64,000 nt of DNA, taken from assembly GCF_018350175.1 (NCBI RefSeq), contig NC_058377.1:108438001-108502000 (forward strand). Direction: 5' to 3'. Within the stretch, counting starts at the first letter, position 1; each line of letters opens with the position of its first letter. The notes beneath the pieces are model-generated. The model worked only from the letters and a program-made list of their open reading frames with translations, was not told the DNA's origin and did not search any database. This document shows, piece after piece, positions 28,747 through 42,049 of the stretch. Source of the DNA: Felis catus (Eukaryota). Position numbers and translations under genes: made by a program.

Positions 28747-29342
28747 GACAAGGACATTTTTATAAAACTTAACAGGGACTCATTAGGTCCCCCAGTCTAC
28801 ATTTGGGCCACTTCTGAGGACTCAAAGAGAGAACACTCCAGTTGTTTTCATGACCCAGGACCACATCTGTCCAACAAGAGAACCTAGGTGGTTGAACCAC
28901 AATTCAGTGTAAATCTCGTAGGTCCCCTTTGAGCTGCCACCGAGGAAATGCAGCAACCAGGCTGGGGCTAGTGTTAGGGGAAACAAAGAATCATGTATTT
29001 TTTTGTTTTCTAGAGATTTTACACCAAACATGGGGCTCGAACTCACAACCCTGAGATCAAGAGTCGCCTGCTGTACCAACTGAGCCAGCCAGGTGCCCCA
29101 GTGACTTTTTAAAACTGGTCTACCTAAACCCCACCCCTCTCATCCTGATCATTACAAAGGACATAGCCAAGAGGAGATGGTCCCATCCTGGGGACAGCCA
29201 CATTGAGTGACTGAACTGCTGTACTGAGTTGTGTGGACCGGGGGGGAGGGCCAGAAATGTTTTTGGGCTTATTATTTCTTTAAGTAAACTCTACCCCCAA
29301 CGTGGGGCTTGAACTCCCCGCCCCAAGATCAGGAGTTGCATG

Positions 29343-29437
29343 CTTTTTGAGTTTAGTTTTGAGGAAACTACTTCAACACTCAACAGTGCCACCTGCCTGC
29401 GGATGATAGCATGAAAGGGCCACCAAATCCCTAGACC
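29343..29437 (-). pseudogene. Retroviral integrase core remnant
   Basis: With one frameshift reads GLGIWWPFH/YHPQAGGTVEC*SSFLKTKLKK, matching the integrase W..H..YHPQ..G.VER.N..LK..L motif. Confidence 0.7.
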
Positions 29438-30279
29438 ATCAGCCCCTTGTTGCGTGGCTTTTGGGATAACAGTTGCCCTGTTCCTACGCTACAGATCATC
29501 CAGAAAGTAAAATGCACAGATGAGTCTCAAGAACCACAATGATGTGGCCAAAGCTGCCTGGCTGGACTGGCACAGCACCACCGTACCCTGAAAAAGGCAC
29601 CGCCGAGAGCCCCAAGAAGGAGTGAAAGGTTCTATGTAGTCAATTCCCCCGGAGAGAACAGGGGCGACACTACCTACGCTGTGGCCTCCCTCGTCGTAGG
29701 ACACACAGATGAACGTTCGGCAGGAGTCACAAGTTTGGCAGGGAGTGGTGGCCTCTGTACCAGAAGCCTAGAATCTTCTACTTTGTGCCCCCTCTATGGT
29801 GGTGGACGTGTTGCGTATGATGAAAGACCCGGGAAGAAATGGAGACAACCTGGGTGATGCAGGACCGATCAACAGCTTGATTCTTGCCAGTCTCCTTAGA
29901 GAATGGCCCATAGCATGGGCAGCTACATGAGCGATCTGTATTGAGCAGCCGTGGTTTGTTTCCACAGTTAGCTGAAAGCATTGCCATGCGAAGCCCCCTA
30001 TTGGGCGGCAGGGTTACTATCACTGGCATTGACCTCACGTGTGGGGACTCCCTGACATAGCAACCACAGCCACATTGCTTTCTGGCTGCAGCTGCCAAGT
30101 TCACACCCTTTGGCTAACCTGGGCCTGAGCTGGTCAGTCCAGCAAAAGGTTTGCCAATTTTGTTGATCTTTGCAATGAACTAATATGTAGGTTAGTTGAT
30201 TTTCTCTAATCTTTACTGTAGCTTTTCTTTTGCTTGCTTTGGGTTTAGCTTATTCTTCTTTCTCTATTTTCTTAAAAAA

Positions 30280-30793
30280 TTTTTTTTTAATGTTTATTTA
30301 TATTTGAGAGAGAGAGAGAGAGGAAAACGCAAGTTGGGGAGGAACAGAAAGAGGGAGACACAGAATGTGAAGCAGGCTCCAGGCCCAGAGCTGTCAGCAC
30401 AGAGCCTGACGCGGGGCTCGAACTCAGGAGCCGTGAGATCATGACCTGAGCTCAAGTCGGACGCTTAACCGACTGAGCCACCCTCTTTTTCTATTTTCTT
30501 AATGTGGAAGTTTAAGCTATTGATTTTAGATCTTTTTTTTTTCTTTTTAAATTGAAGGTTTTAGGGGTGCCTGGGTGGCTCAGTCGGTTAAGCGTCTGAC
30601 TTTGGTTCAGGTCATGATCTCACGGCTCCTGAGTTCGAGCCCTGCATCAGGCTCTGTGCTGACAGCTCAGAGCCTGGAGCCTGCTTCGGATTCTGTGTCT
30701 CCCTCTCTCTCTGCCCCTCCCCTGCCTGCATCCTCTCTCTTTCTCTCTCTCTCTCTCTCAAAAATAAATAAACATTTAAAAATTAAAAAAAAA
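30280..30793. mobile_element. Inverted CanSINE pair (minus 30280-30482, plus 30564-30793) within old L1-like sequence
   Basis: Both SINE bodies are recognisable; flanks are AT-rich and L1-like. Confidence 0.85.
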
Positions 30794-31602
30794 TAAGATT
30801 TTAGAACTATAAATTTCCTTCCAAGCAGTGCTTTGACTATCTCGTAAGTTTTGGTATGTCGTGTTTTTGTTTTCATAAATCTTAAAGTAGTTTCTAATTT
30901 CTCATGTTATTTTTTCCATGTGATTTCTTCTATGACTCATTAGTCATTTTAGAGTCTGCTGTTTAATTTCTACGTATTTGTGAATTTCCTAAATTTCCTT
31001 CTGTTGTTGAAAACTTCANNNNNNNNNNNNNNNNNNNNNNNNNNNNNNNNNNNNNNNNNNNNNNNNNNNNNNNNNNNNNNNNNNNNNNNNNNNNNNNNNN
31101 NNNNNNNNNNNNNNNNNNNNNNNNNNNNNNNNNNNNNNNNNNNNNNNNNNNNNNNNNNNNNNNNNNTATTCTATAGATGTCTGTCAGTACTCGGGCTTGA
31201 CTTGCACGTCTGTGACTTCTAAAGGAAACTACCTTGGTTGAGGCTCTTTCTGTCTCATTGTGATAATAATATCTTGGTTTTTTTTCCTGGTTTTAATGTA
31301 AGGGCTAGGAGCATTTTCTAGGGCAGTGGAGCTGATCACAAAAATTTATCCAGATTTTTTTTGGCCACCTTTAGCAGCACTGTGAACCCCTATTAAGACA
31401 ACAAGAACCCAAAGAGCAATCCATGTCTCATCTATGGTTTTCTAAGGGAGCTTGTCTGTCTCAAGAGAATCTCCCTGAGTGGGATAAAGCTTCGATATAG
31501 CAGCTAGGACTCATTGGCAAAAAAAAAACAAAAACGAAAACAAAAAACTAAGCAAAGCTGAGACCTTTCATCATCTTGGCATGGGTATAAGATGCGCATG
31601 AT

Positions 31603-31827
31603 AGGGGCGCCTGGGTGGCTCAGTCGGTTGAGCGTCCGACTTCGGCTCAGGTCATAATCTCACAGGTTGTGGGTTCGAGCCCCGCGTCGGGCTCTGTGCT
31701 GACAGCCCGGAGCCTGCTTCGGATTCTGTGTCTCCTTCTCTCTCTGCCCCTCCCCGACTTGTGCTCTGTCTCTCTCTGTCTCTCAAAAATAAATAAAACA
31801 TTTAAAAACTGTAACAAAAAAAAAAAA
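31603..31827 (+). mobile_element. CanSINE with TSD
   Basis: GGGGCGCCTGGGTGGCTCAGTCGGTT head; TSD AAGAT(G/T)CGCATGATAG. Confidence 0.92.
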
Positions 31828-32428
31828 GATTCGCATGATAGACTGTGGGAAGGACTGAGCTGTAAGATGGTCCAGCTCTTACTGTCCTTCCTTAACAAGC
31901 ATCCCATGTCCTTCTCCTCATCTCCCAAGTGAGCCAACAAAATTCTCATGATTCATCTGACTTTGGTCCACAGGGGTAGTAAATTTCCCTCCCTTCATCG
32001 TTCAGTGTGTATGTGCCGTCCCAAAGGGGCTGGAAACTTCCGTATGCCCCAAATGGGTCTTAAGGCAGACCCGAGGCTGCCTGCCGGGCTATGGGCAATT
32101 ATCCCTGCATCCCCCAGTCCCACCCAGAGGAGAGTTAGCAACAACCTGGGCAGCGTCTGGCAGCTGGCTTTGACCCCACTTCCGGGTACTCCACCTGCAA
32201 CGGCCTCCCTCACTCGTTCTCATGAACAGGAAAGGAAGTCGCAGGCCGTTTATTGATTGGTTGATTGTACGATTTGGTCACCCTGTGGGCTGCTGCTTCC
32301 CTTGGCCTTCCCCTCAACATGTGTTCGTCAGCCCGTGAGGTCCTCGTACTTCCTCTTACAGAAAACTGTGCTTCCGTCAGCACCTCATCCTCAGTGCGAG
32401 AACAGTCCAGAACTGTGAAAGGGTCTCT

Positions 32429-32977
32429 TATTATTATTTTTTTTTTGCAATTTATGATATTTATTTTTTTTATTTTATATTTTTTAAAAATTTACATCCA
32501 AATTAGTTAGCATGTAGGGCAACAATGATTTCAGGAGTAGATTCCTTAGTGCCCCTGACCCATTTAGCCCATCCCCGCCTCCCACAACCCCTCCAGTAAC
32601 CCTCAGTTTGTGCACCATATTTATGAGTCTCTTCTGTTTTGGCCCCCTCCCTGTTTTCATATTATTTTTGTTTCCCTTCCCTGATGTTCATCTGTTTTGT
32701 CTCTTAAAGTCCTCATATGAGTGAAGTCATATGATATTTGTCTTTGACTAATTTCCCTTAGCATAATACCCTCCAGTTCCATCCACGTAGTTGCAAATGG
32801 CAAGATTTCATTCTCTTTGATTGCCAAGTAATACTCCCTCGTATAGATATACCACATCTTTATCCATTCATCCATCGGTGGACATTGGGCTCTTCCCATA
32901 CTTTGGCTGTTGTCGATCGTGCTGCTATAAACATGGGGGTGCGTGTGTCCCTTCGAAACAGCACACCTGTATGCCAT
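32429..32977 (-). mobile_element. 5'-truncated L1 inserted into the proviral 5' LTR
   Basis: ORF2 end peptide ENEILPFATTWMELEGIMLREISQ; TSD AGGGTCTCT at 32420-32428 and 32978-32986. Confidence 0.9.
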
Positions 32978-33834
32978 AGGGTCTCTCATTTCACCCTACT
33001 TTCAAATAAACAAGGTGACACAATTTCAGGGATACTGGCAGAAGACGTGAGACTTCTGGGCCAGAGATATAAAGGACTTCATTACAGCACGGCACGCGTT
33101 ATGAGCATGAGAATACTTGTCACTTCCCCTTACCCTCAGGTCTCACCAGTGCGATGCAGGTGGACTCATATGGATGCCCACACACAGGGCCAGTTGTGTC
33201 ACAGTAGAGGAACCCTGAGCTTGGGCCACCCAGGGATTTCATAACGGGCAGTAAGTATGTCCGCCCTTTGCTCTAGAGGGAGCCGCTATCTCTGTTGTCC
33301 AAGGCTGTCGACTCTACAAACATCCTGGGAAAGACAGTTCAGAATAAAGGTAGTGTCTCTGCTCACGAAACCTGCATTCGTGTGAGAGGCTGGGCGACAA
33401 CTGTCTCCTACCACCTCTCTCCTCACATCTCACTAAATCCCCACGGCCACCCTGCCAACTAGGTGTAACTGATCCAGTTTCACAGATGAGGAGCTGGAAG
33501 TCCAGACAAGCGAAGGAAATTACTGCTGGTGACAGAGGCAGTAAGCGGCGGATCCAGGACCAAAGCCAGGCCTAGCTGATGCCCGACCTGTGCCTTGTCT
33601 ACCCTCCTGCACACCTGGAGGCAGGGACGGGCTCTGAGGAGAGAAAGGTGATGAGAATCCCCTTGGGTAATGGGAGAGCGGGCTCGCAGGGAGAGTGGGA
33701 AGAGAGGAAGTGGGCCGGGAGCCAAATTCATAGGACCTTGGAGACCATAGGAAAGACTTTGGATTTTTGTCTAGGTATGATGGGGAGATGCCAGAGGATT
33801 TTGAGCAAAAGAGCGATATGACTTGATTTGTGTC

Positions 33835-34285
33835 TTTTTGTTAATGTGTATTTACTTTTGAGAGGGAGAGGAAGACAAAGTGGGAGCAGGGGAGGGGCAG
33901 AGAGGGAGGGAGACACAGAATCCGAAGCAGGCTCCAAGCTCGGAGCTGTCAGCACAGAGCCCGACGTGGGGCTTGAACTCACCAAGTGTGAGATCATGAC
34001 CTGAGCCAAAGTCGGACGCTTAACCGCCTGAGCCACCCAGGTGCACCCTGATATAGGTCTTAAAAGCATTATTGTTGGGGCACTTGGGTGGCTCAGTCAG
34101 TTGAGCATCCAACTTCGGTTCAGGTCACGATCTTACGGTTTGTGGGCTCAATTCCCACGTCAGGCTCTGTGCTGACAGCTCCGAGCCTGGAGCCTGCTTC
34201 AGATTCTGTGTCTCTCTCTTTCTCTGCCCCTCCCCCCGCTCATGCTCCCTCTGTGTCTCAAAAATGAATAAATGTTATAAAAAAT
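33835..34285. mobile_element. Head-to-head CanSINE pair (minus 33835-34049, plus 34077-34285)
   Basis: Two full SINE bodies ~27 bp apart; the plus copy has TSD AAAGCATTATTGTT. Confidence 0.9.
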
Positions 34286-35130
34286 TTTCAAAGCATTATT
34301 GTTTCCTGTTCTGTAGAATGGGGATAACAGTAGTACCTTCCGGATAAGGCTGTCATGAGGAGTAAACTAAAGGGAGGGAACAGGAGGATGAATGTCAGGA
34401 TCTTAGTTGGCTCCAGGAAGAACAAGCTGTTGAGGGGATCCTGGCCATGCTGATGAGATGAGTTTAGGATGGGGCTGGGAGCTGAAGCGGTATGGACCTG
34501 GAGGGTCTGTGCATACAGGTTAGAGTTCAAGAGCTCCTCTAGTCAGCTTGGCTGAACTGACTTCGGGTCAGCCTGCGAGTCAAGAGCACTAATGCCCAGG
34601 AGCCTGCTGGTAAGTGGAGAGAGTGAAGAGGGGCACAGAGCTCTCCAAGTAAACAGGAGGCAGCAAGGGTCAGAAAATGGCAGTTTCGGGGAGTCTATGT
34701 AGAAAGGAGATGGGGCGATCTCCAGGTAAGATCGCAGAAGCATGTGCTGTGTAGCCAAAGAAGGAAGTTGCCGATTAGATGATGGGGGTCTAAATCCTAG
34801 CTCCTTCTCCTCTGCCCTGGGGTACAGCCTTAAGGCACTTCGGGCTGCACATCTGGGGACCGCTGCCTGCCCCGTCTGGCTTCTCTAAATCTAATAAAGG
34901 AGAGAATGTATAAAGAAAAAGAACACAGAAGAGAGGGAAAAATCAAGACCAATGTTCGGGGAGCACTAGTACTTTTAACAGAGACCTACCTAAAAAAGAA
35001 TATTACAGTCATACCTATTAGGTCCCTCAGCCTCACCATCCAGCGGGAACCTCTCCGCAGCAGCTGGACCAGCTCTGGTGCCTGCCCAGCACAGCACTTC
35101 TCAGTCAGCCAGCGTTTTGAGGCCTTACAC

Positions 35131-35340
35131 TTTTTTTTTTTAATGTTTATTTATTTTTGAGAGAGAGACTGAGGGGGAGAGGGGAAGGGGCAGAGAGGGA
35201 GACACAGAATTTCAAGCAGGCTCCAGACTCTGAGCTGTCAGCACAGAGCCCGACGTGGGGCGGGAACCCACGAACTGTGAGATCATGACCTGAGCTGAAG
35301 TCAGTCCCACGCTTAATCGACTGAGCCACCCAGGCGCCCT
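35131..35340 (-). mobile_element. CanSINE
   Basis: Feliform SINE body. Confidence 0.9.
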
Positions 35341-35899
35341 ATTGAGGGCTTAAACTTTAAAAAGAAGAGAAGGAAAGAAAAAAAGGAAGGAAGGAGGGTA
35401 GGTTAGGCGCGGACTTTGCATTAGTCAAAAGAAAAAAAGAAAAGAAAAGAAAGAGAAAGAGAAAGAAAAAGAAAAGTTAGGGGCNNNNNNNNNNNNNNNN
35501 NNNNNNNNNNNNNNNNNNNNNNNNNNNNNNNNNNNNNNNNNNNNNNNNNNNNNNNNNNNNNNNNNNNNNNNNNNNNNNNNNNNNNNNNNNNNNNNNNNNN
35601 NNNNNNNNNNNNNNNNNNNNNNNNNNNNNNNNNNNNGNNNNNNNNNNNNNNNNNNNNNNNNNNNNNNNNNNNNNNNNNNNNNNNNNNNNNNNNNNNNNNN
35701 NNNNNNNNNNNNNNNNNNNNNNNNNNNNNNNNNNNNNNNNNNNNNNNNNNNNNNNNNNNNNNNNNNNNNNNNNNNNNNNNNNNNNNNNNNNNNNNNNNNN
35801 NNNNNNNNNNNNNNNNNNNNCATCAGTCCCAGGCCTTGGGGCTAAGGGGTCGGCAGATCTGGACTCCGGAGCAGCCAGAAAGGGGTGGGAGTGTCTTGA

Positions 35900-36415
35900 A
35901 ACAGGCTGAAAGGAATAGAAAGGGAGACCGATCCCCGCCTGGCCTGCCTTCTGAAGTGAGAAGTACTGAGGCCCGAGGAGGCTCGACGCGCGCGCAGGGG
36001 GCCGCTAGACGACACTGCCCGGCCTGCCGGTGCGACCGGTGCGGAAAGGGAAGCCCTAGGGCAGGTGGAGGCCAGCGGGGATTTCACCAGCCAAGTGGTC
36101 TTCTTCATCTGCCACGGGTAAGACAGGCGACGCCGCACACCCACCACTTTCCGGTCCTGCGACCCGAGCGGCGTTACCCCGGGGACTCCCCTCCTGCGGC
36201 CCCGGCAGCCCAAAGTTCGCAGACCCGGTTCCGGATGCGGGGCTCGCCGGCAGGCCAGCGTCGCCGGCAGCAGCCACGCCCCACTCCTGGCATGTTGACG
36301 TCCGAGGGGTGCCGTTTCCGCCCTCATCCTAGGAAGGCGTGAAGGGGGCGGAGCCGGGTGGAAAGCGCGCTGCTTGTACGTCACTTCCGGTGAGCCCGGT
36401 GGCGACAACGGCAAC
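35900..36415. promoter_or_regulatory. ZNRD2: ZNRD2 CpG-island promoter with ETS-CRE composite CGTCACTTCCGG (36379-36390)
   Basis: CpG-rich, GC box GGGGCGG, CCGGAAGTGACG on minus 25 nt before the ATG. Confidence 0.75.
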
Positions 36416-37648
36416 ATGGCCCTGAACGGCGCTGGTGAGGACTTGGGCTGCGGGGGCCTGTGGTTGCGGGATATAGGAGGCAACCCGCTCGGGCAAGACC
36501 TCTCTGTCTCTTGTGACTCTCTTCCGCCAGAAGTCGACGATTTCTCCTGGGAGCCCCCAAGCGAAGCGGAGACGAAGGTTCTGCAAGCGCGACGGGAGCG
36601 ACAGGATCGCATCTCCAGACTCATGGGCGACTACCTGCTGCGTGGTTACCGCATGCTGGGCGAGACGTGCGCGGACTGCGGGGTGAGGAGACTCGGGACG
36701 TGGGATCGGGGATGGGGCCGCGGACCAGGCCTCAACGGCCCTTCCTCAACTCTCCTCCCTGGATTCCATGGCCTCGCGTCTCACCCCTGCCCCCGTACTT
36801 TCTGCTTCTAGACGATCCTCCTCCAAGACAAACAGCGGAAAATCTACTGCGTGGCTTGTCAGGAGCTCGACTCAGACGTGGATAAAGATAATCCGGGTGA
36901 GGGGGTCGAGTGTGCTTGGTGGAGAAGATGCGTGCTAATAGAAGCCCCGGAACAGTAGGTTTGGGAGGTGACAGTGGAGTCTGCGGGTGGGGCGGAGGTA
37001 AGGTGCTTTCTCCTTTCGGCTCTAGAGAGGACCATTCGTTCGATGAGCGCACTAAACACCTACTTTGTGCCAGACACTGTGCACACGAGTCTGAGCTCCA
37101 TCGGGCACGGTCCTGATGGGAGAGATGGATCAAGGGCACAAATAACTTCGACACAAAGAAGAAAATGGATGCGTTACCTAATAGAGGGGTTAGGAAAAAC
37201 ATCTCAGCCATAGAAAGAGCAGAGCAGTAAAGAGTAAGGAGGTGGCTCAGGGCCGAGAGGGGACAGGCGTCCTGACCATTTCACCCACTTTCTCCTTTTT
37301 TTAGCTCTGAACGCCCAGGCTGCCCTCTCCCAAGCTCGGGAACACCAGCTTGCCTCTGCCTCGGAGCTCCCCTTGGGCTCCCGGCCAGCCCCTCAGCCCC
37401 CAGTACCCCGTCCAGAGCACTGTGAGGGAGCTGCAGCAGGGCTCAAGGCAGCCCAGGGGCCACCCCCTCCTGCTGGGCCTCCAAATGCAGACGTCCTGGC
37501 CTGCACACAGGAGGCCCTCCTGCAGAAGCTGACCTGGGCCTCAGCTGAGCTGGGCTCTAGCACCTCCCTGGAGACTAGCATCCAGCTGTGTAGCCTAATC
37601 CGAGCTTGTGCTGAGGCTCTGCGCAGCCTGCGGCAGCTTCGACACTAA
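36416..37648 (+). CDS. ZNRD2: Zinc ribbon domain-containing protein 2 (SSSCA1 / autoantigen p27), 199 aa
   Basis: Exons 36416-36434, 36531-36682, 36812-36896, 37305-37648 (600 nt, all GT-AG, phases consistent). MALNGAEVDDFSWEPP start; zinc ribbon CADC...CVAC; C-terminal ETSIQLCSLIRACAEAL. Confidence 0.96.
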
Positions 37649-38202
37649 GAGGCCCCTCCTGAGAAAAACCCTCTAGAAAAACAGCTGTCCTCTCGTGTGG
37701 TTTGTTCTTTTCTTGGTTCTGAGTTGCATGCCAGCCCCGGCTCCGTGAGCCTTTTCCCTGCCTTTGGCCTCTTACCCTACTACTGTCTGCTCTTCCTGAT
37801 GCCCTGAGAGATTCGTTGGGCTTGTCTCTGCTTGGTTTCCCCGCCCAGAATGAGGGAGGAGGGAGAGGACTATGTGATACTTTCTTTCTGAGGAGGAGGC
37901 CAAAGCCTCTTCAAAAGCCGAAGGAAGAGGGGTGGTCCTCTCCGCACCCCTGCAGCCTCCTCAGCCATCCAGTGCTCATTGCCCATCCTCCAGTGACATT
38001 TGGGGGTTCCAGGCCCCTTTGGCATCTTCTCCTTCCCCGGAGTCTTCTGGTACCATCATCCTGACCCACCTCATGCCCAGCCCTGGTACTCAGACACTTG
38101 ACAGGACGTCAGGGACCAAGTATGGACTTACCCAAGTCTCCCGACCGCCCCAGCCCCCTCGTTTTGGATCCTTTCCCTTGGGAGTTATAATTGGGCAGAA
38201 TG

Positions 38203-38208
38203 ATTAAA
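38203..38208 (+). terminator. ZNRD2: Candidate ZNRD2 poly(A) signal ATTAAA
   Basis: Only strong hexamer I found between the ZNRD2 stop and FAM89B; GT-rich sequence follows. Confidence 0.4.
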
Positions 38209-38514
38209 CACATTGTTGTGGGGGGAGCAAAAAAGAACCACGAAGGAACCGCGTGCGCCGCTTTTGGTCACCCCCACCCGTTTTCTGGCTCCTGTTCAGT
38301 GGATGCCCCGTTCCGTTTTCTCAGCTTTTCGAGATGTGGTCCCACCACCATAGCCCTTTTAAGGGAGGCCCCGCCCGTGCGAAGGGGGTGGGGCAGGGGC
38401 GGAGTCGGAGGAGTCGGGGAAGGAACAAAGCGCGGCCTGCGGGCGGCGGCTGGGCTCGGCCGGCTGGGCCGCGCGGTGCGGGGCCTGCGGGCGGCGGCCC
38501 GGGCGCAGCGTTGA

Positions 38515-39547
<1,033 letters not shown>

Positions 39548-40074
39548 AGAGCTGGGGGTGGGGGGAATATGCACCCGTGCAAAAGGCTCAGAAACTCACC
39601 CGTAGTAAGTACTCAGACTTCTAGTGCCTGCTTTCCCCCATACCACCTCACTTGATAGGAAGGCAAGGCTTGGGCCCCTCAGAGGCAAAATTGCCAACCC
39701 TCTCTCTCCTGACTCTGGTTAGCTGGCGCTGGGGCAGGCACCTGGCCTACAGCCTTTGCCCGTGGCACTGGACCTCCACTTCTGGCACACGTGTGCACCC
39801 CAGCTTGGCCAACCTTCAGTCTGGTGGTGGGGCCCAAAGCATCTGGCACTCCCCTTAGCGTCTCTGGGATTGGGATGAGTGCCTGGTTCCCATCACCTTT
39901 TCACCTTTTGCTGCTACTGGCAGCTGCTGGCTCAGGGGCATCCCACCTCTGGTCCCTGGGTTCCACTGCTCTAGACCAGGGCATCCCCATTCCTGCACCC
40001 ACCCACGGCCAGGAGGGCCAAGGCTCCATGCTGGATATTTAAGTTTAGGGGCCAGACTCCTGGGCACGGAGGTA

Positions 40075-40080
40075 AATAAA
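40075..40080 (+). terminator. FAM89B: FAM89B poly(A) signal AATAAA
   Basis: Canonical hexamer ~530 nt after the stop, followed by GT-rich TTCTTGTGTT. Confidence 0.8.
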
Positions 40081-40739
40081 TACTCTCTCAGCGTTCTTGT
40101 GTTCTGACTGCCTGGCTCTGCGGCTGGAAGATAGCGGTGTTTCTGGCAAGTGCGGCCCCGCGCTTCGCCGGCAGATGGCGCCCAAGACCCCCGAGTGGAA
40201 GAAGGGCTGGCCGGTGATGGAATGCGAAACCTCCTTCCACCGACGGGGTTGGGGAGCTGGCCAAGCTGGTCCCGCGGTTCTGCGACGGCTGGCGAGGAAC
40301 TTCCCCTCTCTGGCCGGACATCTAGGAGTCCAGCCCCTCTCCCCCCCGCCTCGCTTTGGTCCTTCCTGGCCGGCTGGGAAGGAAGGAGAAGGAGCCGCCT
40401 ATCTTGAGAGAAACTTTCCACCCCGAGTGGGGGCGGAGTTGGGGCGGCACAGGAAATGGGTGGGCCTGAGCCAGCGGGCCTAGGGGCCCCTCGGCAGAAG
40501 AGAGGGGAAGACGCCTCCAGGAAGGGCCTGGGAGTTAGTGAGTGCTCTTTGGGTGGAAGGAAACAGCTGCAGAAGCCGAATGGGGTGAAGTTGCGTTGGC
40601 CCAGGCCTCCGTAGAGGCCACACAAGCCCTGGAGGGGAGCTGGGGGCAGGGCCCCGGGCTTCCGTGCACAACACCCAGCTTTGATGAGGGGCTACTGGGT
40701 GCCACATATTCCCATCCCGCGCCTACAGGCTGCCTAGCC

Positions 40740-40771
<32 letters not shown>

Positions 40772-41349
40772 TCGCACTTGGAACCTTTAGAGTTATATGT
40801 AAAGGGCTTTCTCTTACAGAAGAAACCGAGACTGCACTGCTGGGTCTGGGAGCCAAACCCAAACCCAGGTGTCAGGCTCGCTGGAGGAAGCCTGCACAAT
40901 TGGGTACGGTGGGTGCTCAGACCTCCAGGCACACACATAACACCCCCATAACTTCCTGAGATGAAAAACAGGGGACCTCGAAATTGCACAGCTTAGGTTT
41001 GCAGGCTGCTCACCCCCACACCCTGCTGTGCGGTCCCTTGCCTCCTGGACACAAAGGCAGGCACTCCTGGCAGATCAGTTATCCTGTTCAAACCGAGTAT
41101 TTACTGAGCACCAGCCTGCAGTCCATTCACAAGCCTTGCAGAGGGCAGGCAGGGAGGGAAGGAGACTGACAGTTCTCTAACTCGGCCTGATACCTGCAGG
41201 TGTTCATTACCATGCAGGTAGGCGAGAAGGGTTCTAACCTAGGTGCGAACAGGGCGGTTGATGCCTGGGGCAGGCTTCTTAGGGCCGGGAGAGTAAACTC
41301 ATTTGTGCGTGCACACACACACTTTCCAGTCTGTGATAACGAGTTCCAT

Positions 41350-41554
41350 TTATTTGTTTTAAGTTTATTTATTTTGGGAGAGCCAGCGGCAGTGTGAGCA
41401 GGGGAGGGGAGGAAGAGAGAGAGTGAGAGAGAATCCCAAGCAGGCTCCATGCTGCCAGTGCAGAGCCAGAACTCGAACTCACGAACCATGAGATCGGGAC
41501 TGAGTTGAAACCAAGAGTCGGACTTTGAACCGACTGAGCCACGCAGGTGCCCCA
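41350..41554 (-). mobile_element. CanSINE (older subfamily)
   Basis: AGAATCCCAAGCAGGCTCC...CCGACTGAGCCACGCAGGTGCCCC. Confidence 0.85.
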
Positions 41555-42049
41555 GGTAGCGGATTCCATTTAATAAGACCTCAGAAAATCAGCCAGTCTC
41601 CGTACTAAACGCTTCCCAGGATTTCATATTCTCAGTGACTGTGTAAGAGGCAGAACTATAATTATCCCTACTTAACAGAGGTAGAAACTGAGGCTCAGAG
41701 TGTTGGTGCTTCGCCCAAGGTCACACACTTGTTGGAAGTCAGCTGCTTGTGTGATGTTGGGGCTATCTTCCCACTCGCCAGCTAAGGAGTCAGGTTCTGA
41801 GACTGGCAAGTGGGTGCTGCCCACAGGTAGGGCCACCCAGGTTGACCCCCTGACTCTGCTCCTTCCTACTTAGGCTAAGACTTAGGTGACAGCAGGAGTC
41901 CGCCACCCCTGTCGAGGGCAGTTGGCTCTGGCCCAGGTTCTCAGTGTGGACCTGAGCAGGTCTGTTCTTCCCGGGTCTCTGTTTCCACCACCTGTGAAAT
42001 GGGGCCAACAGTACATACCTCCCAGGGCTGCGGGCAGGAAGGGTGGCGG

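Larger units (their letters stand above)
24100..33413 (-). mobile_element. Decayed LTR provirus, MER34-like, with two LTRs and integrase/env remnants, interrupted by L1s and SINEs
   Basis: Two same-orientation LTR copies (24100-24380 plus 26473-26663; 32404-32428 plus 32987-33413) share CAGAAGAC(A/G)TGAGA..TGGGCCAGAGA..AAAGGACTTCATTAC and TGTC(T/C)GCCCTTTGCTCT(G/A)GAGG. Internal env TM and integrase motifs lie between them. Family assignment is from recalled MER34 LTR termini. Confidence 0.75.

Noticed and set aside
30575-30796. Recurrent MAQSVK...SAQVMIS peptides as a gene family, or SINE heads as tRNA genes
   Set aside because: All are CanSINE translations; the tRNA-derived heads are followed by SINE bodies and poly(A) tails.
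35842-36624. 260-aa minus ORF over the ZNRD2 promoter
   Set aside because: Antisense to ZNRD2 exons in a CpG island, low complexity, no recognisable homology.
40741-40770. Long poly-C/poly-G runs as functional elements
   Set aside because: Homopolymer lengths are unreliable in this gapped assembly and nothing else supports function.
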